A DNA stretch of 64,000 bases from Anthoceros angustus (taxonomy: Eukaryota; Plantae; Anthocerotophyta), in the NCBI GenBank assembly GCA_010909165.1, contig VJWM01000119.1, positions 558,001 to 622,000 on the forward strand. Direction: 5' to 3'. Below are positions 1-13,322 of this stretch, piece by piece. Position 1 is the stretch's first letter. Every line of letters begins with the position of its first letter. Under the pieces are notes generated by a model, which saw only the letters and a list, made by a program, of their open reading frames with translations, did no database searches and was not told the DNA's origin. A program made the translations under genes and the position numbers.

Positions 1-659
1 TTTGTATCTAGATATACATAAATAACTAAAATTCAGCCCAAAACTCAGAAAACAGGCTTCATCCTTTGAGGGTTAATCTCGAAAGGGCCAAGGCCAAGGT
101 TTTGCAAGAAACTCGTGTACCCACATATTTTGATTTTTTTTTTACAGTTAATTTTTTTAACAAGTTTTTTGCAACCGTATAGGTGTATAAGTAGTATGAT
201 AAGCTCACCAAGAAACCTTTTCTTCAAGTTATAGGTTGTGTTAGATTTCGGGGGAGATATTAGGTTGGCTTCCATTGGGTTGGATATCGGGTTGGCTTCC
301 ATTAACCCTTTGCCTTCACATGACATGTGAATGTGACACCGTCCGCACCCAGCTTTCACATTAACCCCAAATGACGGAAAGTCCCAAATTGGAACTTTTC
401 ATCGACCTAGTGGACTCAAATAAAATTCTTCTTCTTCTTCTTCTACAACCCCCATCGATGTTGGCTAGATTCTAATTTTACAGCCTCACATAGGTTTTCG
501 CGTGTGATTGACAACTCGGCAACTCCTCATATAAAGTGTCCTCACGGGCTCGAGACCCATTTTGTAACATAGTGTCTAGGGTAAGTTTAAAAAAGAAAGT
601 ATATATATATAATACAAGATGAAAAACTTGTAGAATAGTAGTAAAAACATCTGTAAAAC

Positions 660-800
660 TGCAAAATAGAAAATAGAGCCCCAAGGTAGGAAACATAGCC
701 CCAAGATAGAAAATAGAGTCCTATGATAAAAAAACAAAGCCCTCAAGTAAAACCAATGCCCCTAGAGTAAAAAATAGAGACACAAGGTAGAAAATTAAAC
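660..800. repeat. ~20-bp minisatellite (AAAATAGAGCCCCAAGATAG-like); also at ~2975-3105 and ~8840-8980
   Basis: Direct tandem copies visible in the sequence. Confidence 0.8.
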
Positions 801-3800
801 TGCAGCATAAACATGCCTGTAAAACACAGAGGATAAAAACATACAAACTGAAAGAACTCTTACAACATCATCTCGAGCCCAATAATGCTGGACAAGGAGA
901 CTGAGAAGTAGACGCCTAGTACGTGGGCTGTGGGTCGTCGAAATGCCCAATAATGCTGGACAAGGAGACTGAGAAGTAGACGCCTAGTACGTGGGCTGCG
1001 GGTCGGTGACTAGTCTTTGTTTGCAAGGGTCCAAACTCCTGCTTCCTTCCTTCATTTATTATGAAGTGCGCTTGCGCCCATGAACTCACACAAGGAGTGA
1101 GTATGTAGGCACAAGCACGTTCATTAAAAATAAATAGTCACACATGTTTCAACAAGACAAGAAATACAGCCTCTCAATTTAAGAACAAGTATTGAGAACT
1201 TCCCAGTGAGTGTAAAGATCACTTAAACTTTCTCAAAGAAATTGAAATCATACAATACCTTGAGAACGCCGAGGTCAAGACATTGAGAGTGAAGGATCAA
1301 ATATTAGCCCATGGTAATGGAGTGGCGAACAATTGTAAATATGTTTCATTTGTGGAGCGCTTAAGATTTCAATAATTTGCACACATTCACACGCTTTAGT
1401 TAAATTCGATTGAATTTTGGTGGCTAAATTAGAATTCCACAAGAAGCCAACTTAAAGAAATTAACTCCATACTAACTCTAACACTCGGGCTCTTGAGCCC
1501 GATCAACAAGAACCTAGAAATCAAAAATCTTAGATTGTAAAGGCAATGCAAGATATATCTCAATCTTGGACCCATATTATTATTGACAACAACGGCCATT
1601 CATTATCATACGCCTAAAGTTTTGCGAGCTGGTATAGTTTCACGGATTTATTTTAGGTACAATTTAAAAGGTTCAAGTTAACGATAACCCCACATAGACT
1701 TCATATCATATTTCTCTAACCCGACATTTATATGTATTAGAAACTTGAGGACGGTAGCGTAATCTGTAAGCAATAAAAATAAGCTCTATTGAATTCCACG
1801 TGTTGAAGTTCTCTCGATAGACTCGGTTTGGATCGACCAACGTGCGTGTCTTAATGCATGAGCGGTGATCTCTTCAGCGATGGCTTCCGCTATTGTTTAT
1901 GGTAAATCCTATGATTCCAGTGTTCAGAGGCTTTGCTAAGTATGTTGTTAGTATATCATGTGTGCACTGCAATCTGGTCCACTTAGCTTGTCTAGGACTT
2001 CACCACGGAAGAAAAGCTTGTTTGCTTTCATGGTTTATTTGCTTCTCTAGAACTCTAGATGTGCGTTCATCCTTGAATTTCATGCTCCTATTCAACATAC
2101 CTAATCGATTATATACTAAATATTACATTTACATTTCTTGAACAAAATGATACATCACCCATATACCTAAAGAACAATTGAAGCTTTATAGATACATATA
2201 CATAAAAGAAGTTTGTGTTTTATTGAGGAAAAAGCGATGGGAAAAACCCATCTAGCAGGGACAATGAAGGTGAATTTCGGGGTCAAGGTCAAAAGCGACT
2301 AAACCCTTACCTAAAGTTATCTATGCTCCTAGAACATCATATACATAAATAACTAAAATTCAGCCCAAAACTCGAAAAACAGGCTTCATCCTTTGAGGGT
2401 TAATCTCGAAAGGGCCAAGGCCAAGGTTTTGCAAGAAACTCGTGTACCCACATATTTTGATTTTTTTTACAGTTAATTTTTTAACAAGTTTTTTACAGAG
2501 TATAGGTGTATAAGTAGTATGATAAGCTCACCAAGAAACCTTTTCTTCAAGTTATAGGTTGTGTTAGATTTGGGAGATATTAGGTTGGCTTCCATTGGGT
2601 TGGATATCGGGTTGGCTTCCATTAACCCTTTGCCTTCACATGACATGTGAATGTGACACGTCGCACCGACTTTCACATTAACCCCAAATGACGGAAAGTC
2701 CCAAATTGGAACTTTTCATCGACCTAGTGGACTCAAATAAAATTCTTCTTCTTCTTCTTCTACAACCCCCATCGATGTTGGCTAGATTCTAATTTTACTG
2801 ACCTCACATAGGTTTTCGCGTGTGATTGACAACTCGGCAACTCCTCATATAAAGTGTCCTCACGGGCTCGAGACCCATTTTTGTAACATAGTGTCTAGGG
2901 TAAGTTTAAAAAAAGTATATATATATAATACAAGATGAAAACTTGTAGAATAGTAGTAAAAACATCTGTAAAACTGCAAAATAGAAAATAGAGCCCCAAG
3001 GTAGGAAACATAGCCCCAAGATAGAAAATAGAGTCCTATGATAAAAAACAAAGCCTCAAGTAAAACCAATGCCCTAGAGTAAAAATAGAGACACAAGGTA
3101 GAAAATTAAGCTGAAACAAACATGCATAAAACACAGAGGATAAAAACATACAAACTGAAAGAACTCTTACAACATCATCTCGAGCCCAATAATGCTGGAC
3201 AAGGAGACTGAGAAGTAGACGCCTAGTGTGGGCATGGGTCGTCGAAATGCCCAATAATGTCTTTGGACAAGGAGAGAAGTGACGCCTAATCGTGGGCTGC
3301 GTGGTGACTAGTCTTTGTTTGCAAGGGTCCAAACTCCGCTTCCTTCCTTCATTTATTATGAAGTGCGCTTGCCCATGAACTCACACAAGGAGTGAGTATG
3401 TAGGCACAAGCACGTTCATTAAAAATAAATAGTCACACATGTTTCAACAAGACAAGAAATACACTCTCAATTTAAGAACAAGTATTGAGAACTTCCCGAT
3501 GAGTGTAAAGATCACTTAAACTTTCTCAAAGAAATTGAAATCATACAATACCTTGAGAACGCCGAGGTCAAGACATTGAGAGTCTGAAAGGATCAAATAT
3601 TAGCCCATGGTAATGGAGTGGCGAACAATTGTAAATATGCTTCATTTGTGGAGCGTGCTTAAGATTTCAATAATTTGCACACATTCACACGCTTTAGTTA
3701 AATTCGATTGAATTTTGGTGGCTAAATTAGAATTCCACAAGAAGCCAACTTAAAGAAATTAACTCCATACTAACTCTAACATCAGGCTCGCCAGGAGCCC

Positions 3801-4544
3801 GATCAACAGCAACCTAGAAATCAAAAAAATCTTAGATTGTAAAGTGGCAATGCAAGATATATCTCAATCTTGGACCCTTTGGCGATCACAACCCATATTG
3901 ACAACAACGGCCATTCATTATCACACGCCTAAAGTTTTGAATTTTGGTATAGTTTACAGGATTTATTTTAGGTACACCTAATGTTACAGGTTCAGATTAA
4001 CGGATAACACACACATAGACTTCATATCATATTTCTCCTAACCCGACATTTATATGTATTAGAACGCCATGAGGACTTAACGATTGTAAGCAATAAAATA
4101 AGCTCTATTGAATTCCCACGTGTTGAAGTTCTCTCGATAGACTCGGTTTGGATCGACATACGCGATGTCCAAATTAATGCATGATGGCGCGGTCTCTTCA
4201 CGCGATGGCTTCCGCTATTGTTTATGGTAAATCCTATGATTAGCAAGTGTTGGTCAGAGGCTTTGCTAAGTATGTTGTTAGTATATCATGTGTGCACTGC
4301 AATCTGGTCACCTTAGCTCTAGGACTTCACCACGGAAGAAAAGCTTGTTTGCTTTCGCGTTTATTTGTCTCTAGAACTCTAGATGTCGTTCATCCTTGAA
4401 TTTCATGCTCCTATTCAACATACCTAATCGATTATATACTAAATATTACATTTACATTCTTGAACAAAATGATACATCACCCATATACCTAAAGAACAAT
4501 TCGAAGCTTTATAGATACATATACATAATAAAGAAGTTTGTGTT

Positions 4545-5685
4545 TTATTGAGGGAAAAAACGATGGGGAAAAACCCATCTAGCACGGGACAATGAAGGTG
4601 AATTTCGGGGGTCAAGGTCAAAAAGAGCGACTAAACCCTTACCTAAAGTTATCTATGCTCCTAGAACATCATATACAAGAAGAACAAATGGCCTGCAAAT
4701 GACGGAGGAAGAGGAAGAAGCGTCACTCGCTGTCGCCGCCTTGTGAAGGATTGCCGTTGAGATGGTCCTTTGAAGGGTAATGCAGACTCGTTATCGAAGT
4801 AGGCTGAATTGAAAGGCAACCGCGCCATACTGCAGCGTGGTAATTTAAAGACTTGAGAAATTGATCAAAGTCCGTAGCCATTGCTAAGCGTTTCAAGTGC
4901 AAGCGGAATAAGAAGTGGCCGCTTGCATCCCTTCTCTTCGACCTTGAGAGCACAACCGTGATAACCGGGGCCAGTTAGTGATAACTCGGCGGAGATGGTG
5001 TCTCGGATAACCACCCACCACCACGAAATTTGGTCACCGCGAACAAAGTACAAATCGATACTGATTGGCGACATTGAATGTCCTCGCTCCCTCCAGGGCT
5101 ATGTGGCGCCATGAGCTATGACAAAGCGGACATCGCGGATAGCGTCGTGGGTGACGATGCAATGGCCCATGGGGACAACGAGCAAGGTGAACCCAGTCGA
5201 GGCGAGCCGCACTCGCGGTAAGAAGGAAAGGACGCTACGGGATGAAGGCGGGCCAAGACGGAATCGCATCGTGGTGAAGATGGCGTGCGATGACAAAACC
5301 CCGTATATATGGGCGGGCGAGCCGCGCCTTTACGGAACAAGAGCGAAGCCGAGCTCGTGGACCTAAGGATGGAGGAGTCCAAGAGGACAAATGAAAGCTT
5401 GACCAAGCGCTTCAAGCAACAACACTTTCAACCCCTGAAACCATCGGAGATAAATGTCAAGAAAGAAGGAAAATCCTGCGGGCATTATCAAGCATTTCCC
5501 GCCTCAAGAAAATTTGGACGGGAAGGTTCCCTCCTCCACATTAGACACAAGATATTCCGAAGGGCTGTCTGGAGGATGAAGCGAGAGGCAGGCGGGGCGA
5601 TAGGGCCCAACTACCAAAAAAGCCGGGAAGAGACCTCCATGAGAGAAGGCCAACGCCTAAAGCGCACTAGCATAAATGCTTGCCG
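4545..5685 (-). mobile_element. CRE/SLACS-like non-LTR retrotransposon, 3' fragment (zinc knuckle plus restriction-like endonuclease)
   Basis: Frameshifted GHCIVTHDAIRDV and DLYFVRGDQIS; near-identical to the copies at 6.8-8.4 and 10.5-12.0 kb. Confidence 0.75.
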
Positions 5686-6764
5686 GAGTGTAAAGATCAC
5701 TTAAACTTTCTCAAAGAAATTGAAATCATACAATACCTTGAGAACGCCGAGGTCAAGACATTGAGAGTGCAGAAAGGATCAAATATTAGCCCATGGTAAT
5801 GGAGTGGCGAACAATTGTAAATATGCTTCATTTGTGGAGCAGGCTTAAGATTTCCAATAATTTGCACACATTCACACGCTTTAGTTAAATTCTGATTGAA
5901 TTTTGGTGGCTAAATTAGAATTCCACAAGAAGCCAACTTAAAGAAATTAACTCCATACTAACTCTAACATCAGGCTCGCCAGGAGCCCGATCAACAGCAA
6001 CCTAGAAATCAAAAAAATCTTAGATTGTAAAGCTGGCAATGCAAGATATATCTCAATCTTGGACCCTTTGGCAGTCACCGCAACCCATATTGACAACAAC
6101 GGCCATTCATTATCACACGCCTAAAGTTTTGCAGGAGCTGGTATAGTTTACGGGATTTATTTTTAGGTACACCTAATGTTACAGGGTTCCCGTTAACAGA
6201 TAACCTGTGCCACATAGACTTCATATCATATTTCTCCTAACCCGACATTTATATGTATTAGAAACTTGAGGACGGTAGCGTAATCTGTAAGCAATAAAAT
6301 AAGCTCTATTGAATTCCCACGTGTTGAAGTTCTCTCGATAGACTCGGTTTGGATCGACCAACGTCTGCCAGTGTCCAGCCTTAATGCATGAGCGGTGGCG
6401 CAGTCTCTTCACGCGATGGCTTCCGCTATTGTTTATGGTAAATCCTATGATTCCGCAAGTGTTGGTGCAGAGGCTTTGCTAAGTATGTTGTTAGTATATC
6501 ATGTGTGCACTGGCAATCTGGTCACAGCCTTAGCTGTCTAGGACTTCACCCTGGAAGAAAAGCTTGTTTGCTCGCGGTTTATTTGCTTCTCTAGAACTCT
6601 AGATGTGCGTTCATCCTTGAATTTCATGCTCCTATTCAACATACCTAATCGATTATATACTAAATATTACATTTACATTTACTGAACAAAAATGATACAT
6701 CACCCATATACCTAAAGAACAATTCGAAGCTTTATAGATACATATACATAATAAAGAAGTTTGT

Positions 6765-8384
6765 GTTTTATTGAGGGAAAAAACGATGGGGAAAAACCCA
6801 TCTAGCACGGGACAATGAAGGTGAATTTCGGGGGTCAAGGTCAAAAAGAGCGACTAAACCCTTACCTAAAGTTATCTATGCTCCTAGAACATCATATACA
6901 AGAAGAACAAATGGCCTGCAAATGACGGAGGAAGAGGAAGAAGCGTCACTCGCTGTCGCCGCCTTGTGAAGGATTGCCGTTGAGATGGTCCTTTGAAGGG
7001 TAATGCAGACTCGTTGTCTGAAGTAAGCTGTGAATTAAGAAAGGGGCAACCCCGCGCCATGCCTGCAGGCGTGGTAGGATTTGGCACAGGACTTGAGAAA
7101 TTGATCAAAGTCCGTAGCCATTGCCCCAAACGTTTCAAGTGCAAGCGGAATAAAGAAGTGGCCCGCTTGCATCCCGCTATCTCTTCGACCTTGAGAGCAC
7201 AACCGTGATAACCGGGCCAGTTAGTGATAACTGGCGGAGATGGTGTCTCGAGCAGGGTCAATAACCACCACGTCCACCACCGAAATTTGGTCACCGCGAA
7301 CAAAGTACAAATCGTACGATTGAGCGACATTGAATGTCCTCGCTCCCTCCAGGGCTATGTGGCGCCATGAGCTATGACAAAGCGGACATCGCGGATAGCG
7401 TCGTGGGTGACGATGCAATGACCCCATGGGGACAACGAGCAAGGTGAACCCGAGTCGAGGCGAGCCGCACTCGCGGTAAGAAGGAAAGGCGCTACGGGAT
7501 GAAGCGGGCCAAGACGGAATCGCATCGTGGTGAAGATGGCGGTGCGATGACAAAACCCGTATATATGGGCGAGCGAGCCAAGCGCCTTTACGGAACAAGA
7601 GCGAAGCCGAGCTCGTGGACCTAAGGATGGAGGAGTCCAAGAGGACAAACTGGAAAGCTTGACCAAGCTGCTTCTCAAGCAACAACACTTTCAACCCCCT
7701 GAAACCATCGGAGATAAATGTCAAGAAAGAAGGAAAATCCTGCCGAGCATTCGCAAAAAGCATTTCCCTGGCCTGCCTCAAGAAAATTTGGACAGGGAAG
7801 GTTCCCTCCTCCACATTAGACACAAGATATTCCAGAAAGGGCCTGTCCTGGAGGATGAAGCGAGAGGCCAGAGCGGGAGCTGATAGGGCCCAACTACCAA
7901 AAAAAGCCGCCGGGGAAGAGACCTCCAGTGAGAGAAGGCCAACGCCCCCAAACTGCACTAGCATAAATGCTTGCCAGCGGGCCAAATCGCCCGCAAGGCA
8001 CTCGAAAGCCCCTAGGCCCATGATGTCACCAAGAATATCCATTATCTTCCTGTCAAACCCTTGAAGTCGAGACATGAGAACCGGAGCCAAAGGGAGCGTG
8101 CAGATGAGGTAACTAGAGCGCCTAGCAAAGCAGGAGGAAAGAATTCCAAAGGCCACCTAAGCTTCCCCTAACAAGGGGAGGCCCTCGACATGGGACAGGT
8201 CCTCCGCGAGAGCCTAGTCGAGGAAGCTCCCAATGAAGTCAAGGGAGTTGCAGGGGACCCCCAAAATCCGTAGACCCAAGGCTGGAGCAATCTCCCTAGC
8301 AGGGAACTGCAAAGTGAGGAGGATACCCGATGGGGACCAAACGCGACACTTAGAGAGCTTTACTTTTAAGCCGACCAAACTTGA
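6765..8384 (-). mobile_element. CRE/SLACS-like non-LTR retrotransposon, 5'-truncated (RT C-terminus, thumb, REL endonuclease)
   Basis: RT end GLKVKLSKCRVWSPSG...GLRILGVP, thumb WQAFMLVQFGGVGL...AAFFGSW, and endonuclease DLYFVRGDQISVVDVVVIDP; interrupted at 8385 by a MITE end. Confidence 0.8.
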
Positions 8385-9068
8385 CACATCCCACCCCACC
8401 GTCCCCTAATAGGCTTTTTATGTGCTTTATCACGTCTAACTACAGTCTTTTGAGGCATTGTCGTTTTGATTCATGGTGTGTGATAGTCTCATATCCTGGT
8501 TTTTGAACCACATAATTCTCTAATCAGGCAAGTAGTTCATGATTTCTGACTATGTGCTTCTCTAATCAAGCACGCAATTCATACCCCTAGCTATAAAGGA
8601 CCGTGCCACGAAAAATGACTTATGGCATGCTTGGCTCCGTCAGTCGGCGATGCTTAATGAGGGCCGTGAAAGTATAACGCCTATGGATGTAACATTACGT
8701 GGCTTCGGCTATATAAGACAACTATACTAGTCGATGGCCATGTAAATGGATTAGCTATATAAGACAACCTATGCTAGTTAGATGGCCATGTAAATGTATT
8801 AGGAGGAATTTGTGGTTGAAATCATACAATACCTTGAGAGCCCCAAGGTAGGAAACATAGCCCCAAGATAGAAAATAGAGCCCCAAGATAGAAAATAGAG
8901 ACACAAGGTAGAAAATTAAAGCGCAAAATAGAAAATAGAGCCCCAAGATAGAAAATAGAGACACAAGGTAGAAAATTAAGCACATAAAAGGCTACTAGGA
9001 AACGGTGGAGTGGGATGAGGGTGATAAAGCACATAAAAAGGCTACTAGGGGGCGGTGAGTGGGATGTG
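8385..9068. mobile_element. Rearranged copy of the TIR element (MITE) at 12037-12778
   Basis: Begins CACATCCCACCCCACCGTCCCCTAATAGG and ends CTACTAGGGGGCGGTGAGTGGGATGTG; the middle is replaced by the 20-bp minisatellite. Confidence 0.65.
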
Positions 9069-10469
9069 ATAGGTTTCCTCGCAAACTCTTACAACATCAT
9101 CTCGAGCCCAATAATCTTGGACAAGAGGAGTAGGCGCCTAGTCGTGGTGGTCGTCGAAATGCCCAATAATGTCTTTGGACAAGGTCGAGAAGTAGACGCC
9201 TAGTACGTGGGCTGTCGTGACTAGTCTTTGTTTGCAAGGGTCCAAACTCCCTTCCTTCCTTCATTTATTATGAAGTGCGCTTGCGCCCATGAACTCACAC
9301 AAGGAGTGAGTATGTAGGCACAAGCACGTTCATTAAAAATAAATAGTCACACATGTTTCAACAAGACAAGAAATACAGCCTCTCAATTTAAGAACAAGTA
9401 TTGAGAACTTCCCAGTGAGTGTAAAGATCACTTAAACTTTCTCAAAGAAATTGAAATCATACAATACCTTGAGAACGCCGAGGTCAAGACATTGAGAGTG
9501 CAGAAAGGATCAAATATTAGCCCATGGTAATGGAGTGGCGAACAATTGTAAATATGCTTCATTTGTGGAGCAGGCTTAAGATTTCCAATAATTTGCACAC
9601 ATTCACACGCTTTAGTTAAATTCGATTGAATTTTGGTGGCTAAATTAGAATTCCACAAGAAGCCAACTTAAAGAAATTAACTCCATACTAACTCTAACAT
9701 CGGGCTCAGAGCCCGATCAACAACCTAGAAATCAAAAAATCTTAGATTGTAAAGGCGGCAATGCAAGATATATCTCAATCTTGGACCCTTTGGCGATCAC
9801 AACCCATATTGACAACGGCCATTCATTATCACCGCCTAAAGTTTTGCAGGTATAGTTTCAGGATTTATTTTAGGTACACCTAATGTTACAGGTTCCCGTT
9901 AACGGATAACACTATATAGACTTCATATCATATTTCTCCTAACCCGACATTTATATGTATTAGAGAACGCCCGCAGGGACGTACAACGGCCGAATTGTAA
10001 GCAATAAAATAAGCTCTATTGAATTCCCACGTGTTGAAGTTCTCTCGATAGACTCGGTTTGGATCGACCAACGTCTGCCAGTGTCCAGCCTTAATGCATG
10101 AGCGGTGGCGCAGTCTCTTCACGCGATGGCTTCCGCTATTGTTTATGGTAAATCCTATGATTCCGCAAGTGTTGGTGCAGAGGCTTTGCTAAGTATGTTG
10201 TTAGTATATCATGTGCCTGTGTCAGTCCGACCTTAAGTCTAGGACTTCACCACGGAAGAAAAGCTTGTTTGCTTTCATGGGTTTATTTGCTTCTCTAGAA
10301 CTCTAGATGTGCGTTCATCCTTGAATTTCATGCTCCTATTCAACATACCTAATCGATTATATACTAAATATTACATTTACATTTACTGAACAAAAATGAT
10401 ACATCACCCATATACCTAAAGAACAATTCGAAGCTTTATAGATACATATACATAATAAAGAAGTTTGTG

Positions 10470-12036
10470 TTTTATTGAGGAAAAAGCGATGGGGAAAAAC
10501 CCATCTAGCACGGGACAATGAAAGGGGGTCAAGGTCAAAAGAGCTAAACCCTTACCTAAAGTTATCTATGCTCCTAGAACATCATATACAAGAAGAACAA
10601 ATGGCACGCAAATGGCGGAGGAAGAGGAAGAAGCGTCACTCATCATGCCTTGTGAAGGATTGCCGTTGAGATGGTCCTTTGAAGGGTAATGCAGACTCGT
10701 TGTCGAAGTAAGCTGTGAATTAAGAAAGGCAACCCGCGCCATACTGCAGCGTGGTAGGATTAACCGGACTTGAGAAATTGATCAAAGTCCGTAGCCATTG
10801 CTAAACGTTTCAAGTGCAAGCGGAATAAAGAAGTGGCCGCTTGCATCCCTTCTCTTCGACCTTGAGAGCCACGGCCGGCAACCGGGAGTTAGTGATAACT
10901 GGCGGAGATGGTGTCTCGAGCAGGGTCAATAACCACCACGTCCACCACCGAAATTTGGTCACCGCGAACAAAGTACAAATCAGCCCTGATTGAGCGACCT
11001 GTTCGAAGAATGTCCCCTCGCTCCCTCCAGGCTATGTAGCCGCTTTCGCGGGCTATGACAAACAGGACATCGCGGATAGCGTCGTGGGTGACGATGCAAT
11101 GACCCCCATGGGGACAACGAGCAAGGTGAACCCCAGAGTCATCGAGGGCAGAGCCGCACTCGCAGGTAAGAAGGAAAGACGCTACAGGATGAAGCAGGCC
11201 AAGACGGAATCGCATCGCGGTGGTGAAGATGGCTGGTGCGATGACAAAACCCCGTATATATGGACGAGCCAGAAGCCAAGCGCCTTTACCAGAACAAGAG
11301 CGAAGCCGAGCTCTCGTGGACCTAAGGATGGAGGAGTCCAAGAGGACAAACTGGAAAGCTTGACCAAGCTGCTTCTCAAGCAACAACACTTTCAACCCCC
11401 TGAAACCATCGGAGATAAATGTCAAGAAAGAAGGAAAATCCTGAGCATTATAAAAGCATTTCCACAGCTGCCTCAAGAAAATTTGGACAGGGAAGGTTCC
11501 CTCCTCCACATTAGACACAAGATATTCCGGAAAGGGCTGTCACGGAGGATGAGCGAGAGGCAGGCGGGGCGATAGGCCCAACTACCAAAAAAGCCGGGAA
11601 GAGACCTCCGGTGAGAGAAGGCCAACGCCTAAAGCGCACTAGCATAAATGCTTGCCAGTGACAAATCGCCGCAAGGCACTCAGCCCTAGGCCCATGATGT
11701 CACCAAGAATATCCATTATCTTCCTGTCAAACCCTTGAAGTCGAGACATGAGGCAGCCAAAGGGAGCGTCTGAGATGAGGTAACTAGGCGCCTAGCAAAG
11801 CAGGAGGAAAGAATTCCAAAGGCCACCTGAGGCTTCCCTAACAAGGGGAGGCCCTCGACATGGGACAGGTCCTCCGCGAGCCTAGTCGAGAAGCTCCCAA
11901 TGAAGTCAAGGGAGTTGGGGACCCCAAAATCCGTAGACCCAAAGTGGAGCAATCTCCCTAGCGAGGCGCAAAGTGAGGAGGATGCAGGTGGGGACCAAGC
12001 GACACTTAGAGCTTTACTTTAAGCCGACCAAACTTG
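10470..12036 (-). mobile_element. CRE/SLACS-like non-LTR retrotransposon, 5'-truncated; best-preserved endonuclease copy
   Basis: ORF 10889-11518: CECGSALDDSGVHLARCPHGGHCIVTHDAIRD (CCHC knuckle plus RH(D/N) motif) and RADLYFVRGDQISVVDVVVIDP (PD-(D/E)xK REL core). Confidence 0.85.
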
Positions 12037-12778
12037 ACATCCCACCGTCCCCTAATAGGCTTTTTATGTGCTTTATCACGTCTAACTACAGTCTTTTGAG
12101 GCATTGTCGTTTTGATTCATGGTGTGTGATAGTCTCATATCCTGGTTTTTGAACCACATAATTCTCTAATCAGGCAAGTAGTTCATGATTTCTGACTATG
12201 TGCTTCTCTAATCAAGCACGCAATTCATACCCCTAGCTATAAAGGACCGTGCCACGAAAAAATGACTTATGGCATGCTTCGGCTCCGTCGAGTCAGCATG
12301 CTTAATGAGGGCCGTGAAAGTATAACGCCTATGGATGTAACATTACGTGGCTTCACGGCTATATAAGACAACTATACTAGTCAGATGGCCATGTAAATGG
12401 ATTAGGGGCTATATAAGACAACCTATGCTAGTTAGATGGCCATGTAAATGTATTAGGAGGGAATTTGTGGTTCAGAAATCATGAATTGTGTGCCTATTGG
12501 AGAAGCATGTGATTCAGAAATCATGAACTGCATGCTTGATTACAGAAGCAAGTGGTTCAGAAATCATGAACTGCTTGCCTGATTATAGAAGCATATGGTT
12601 CAAAAAAAACCATGATATGAGACTATCACACACAATGAATCAAAATGACAATGCCTCAAAAGACTATAGTTAGACGTGATAAAGCACATAAAAAGGCTAC
12701 TAGGGAACGGTGGAGTGGGATGTGAGAGGGTGATAAAGCACATAAAAAGGCTACTAGGGGACGGCGGAGTGGGATGTG
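12037..12778. mobile_element. Non-autonomous DNA transposon (MITE-like) with ~200-bp terminal inverted repeats
   Basis: Left arm GGCTTTTTATGTGCTTTATCACGTCTAACTACAGTCTTTTGAGGCATTGTC is reverse-complemented at 12647-12697. The outer right end is tandemly duplicated. No clear TSD. Confidence 0.75.
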
Positions 12779-13322
12779 ATAGGTTTCCTCGTGCAAACTC
12801 TTGGTACACTTAATTTATATATGTATTCCTATGAATATGTATCTATAGAGCTTCGAATTGTTCTTTTAGGTGTATAAGTGATGTATTATTTTTGTTCAAT
12901 AAATAAAAATATAATATTTAGTATATAATGATTAGGTATGTTGGGTTTTGGAAAATCTTAGTATCTACTATCTAGGTCCTAGGGTCCTACGGTCCTAGGA
13001 CGTTTTCTGGAATGGAAAATATATGGGGGTGTGCCTTGGCGAGATATGTAATACCAGCCCGAGAGCTGGTTTTTGGGTTGTTGTTGCATAAGTAGAGTAT
13101 TTGTGAGTCATGTGGTGCCGCTTGTTGAACCCCTCTCTCGCTGCTCTTCATTTTTTGTTTCTTCTCTAACATTGGAGCTGGGCGTCCAGCAAGCAGCCCG
13201 CCAGTGAGCGCCTTATGTTGCCATGCTGCTGTGCAGCAGCGTGCGCGCATCACGTCTTGCAGCACGGCAGCGCAGGTGTTCCCTGAGCGGCAGGGCGCGG
13301 AGGACGACCTAATTGGGAGTCT

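Larger units (their letters stand above)
14..12943. repeat. Composite tandem array: 4-5 imperfect copies of an AT-rich block interleaved with 3' fragments of a CRE-like retrotransposon and a MITE
   Basis: ATACATAAATAACTAAAATTCAGCCC recurs at 14 and 2342. GAGTGTAAAGATCACTTAAACTTTCTC recurs at ~1208, 3501, 5686 and 9417. Copies differ mostly by 1-3 bp indels. Confidence 0.9.
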
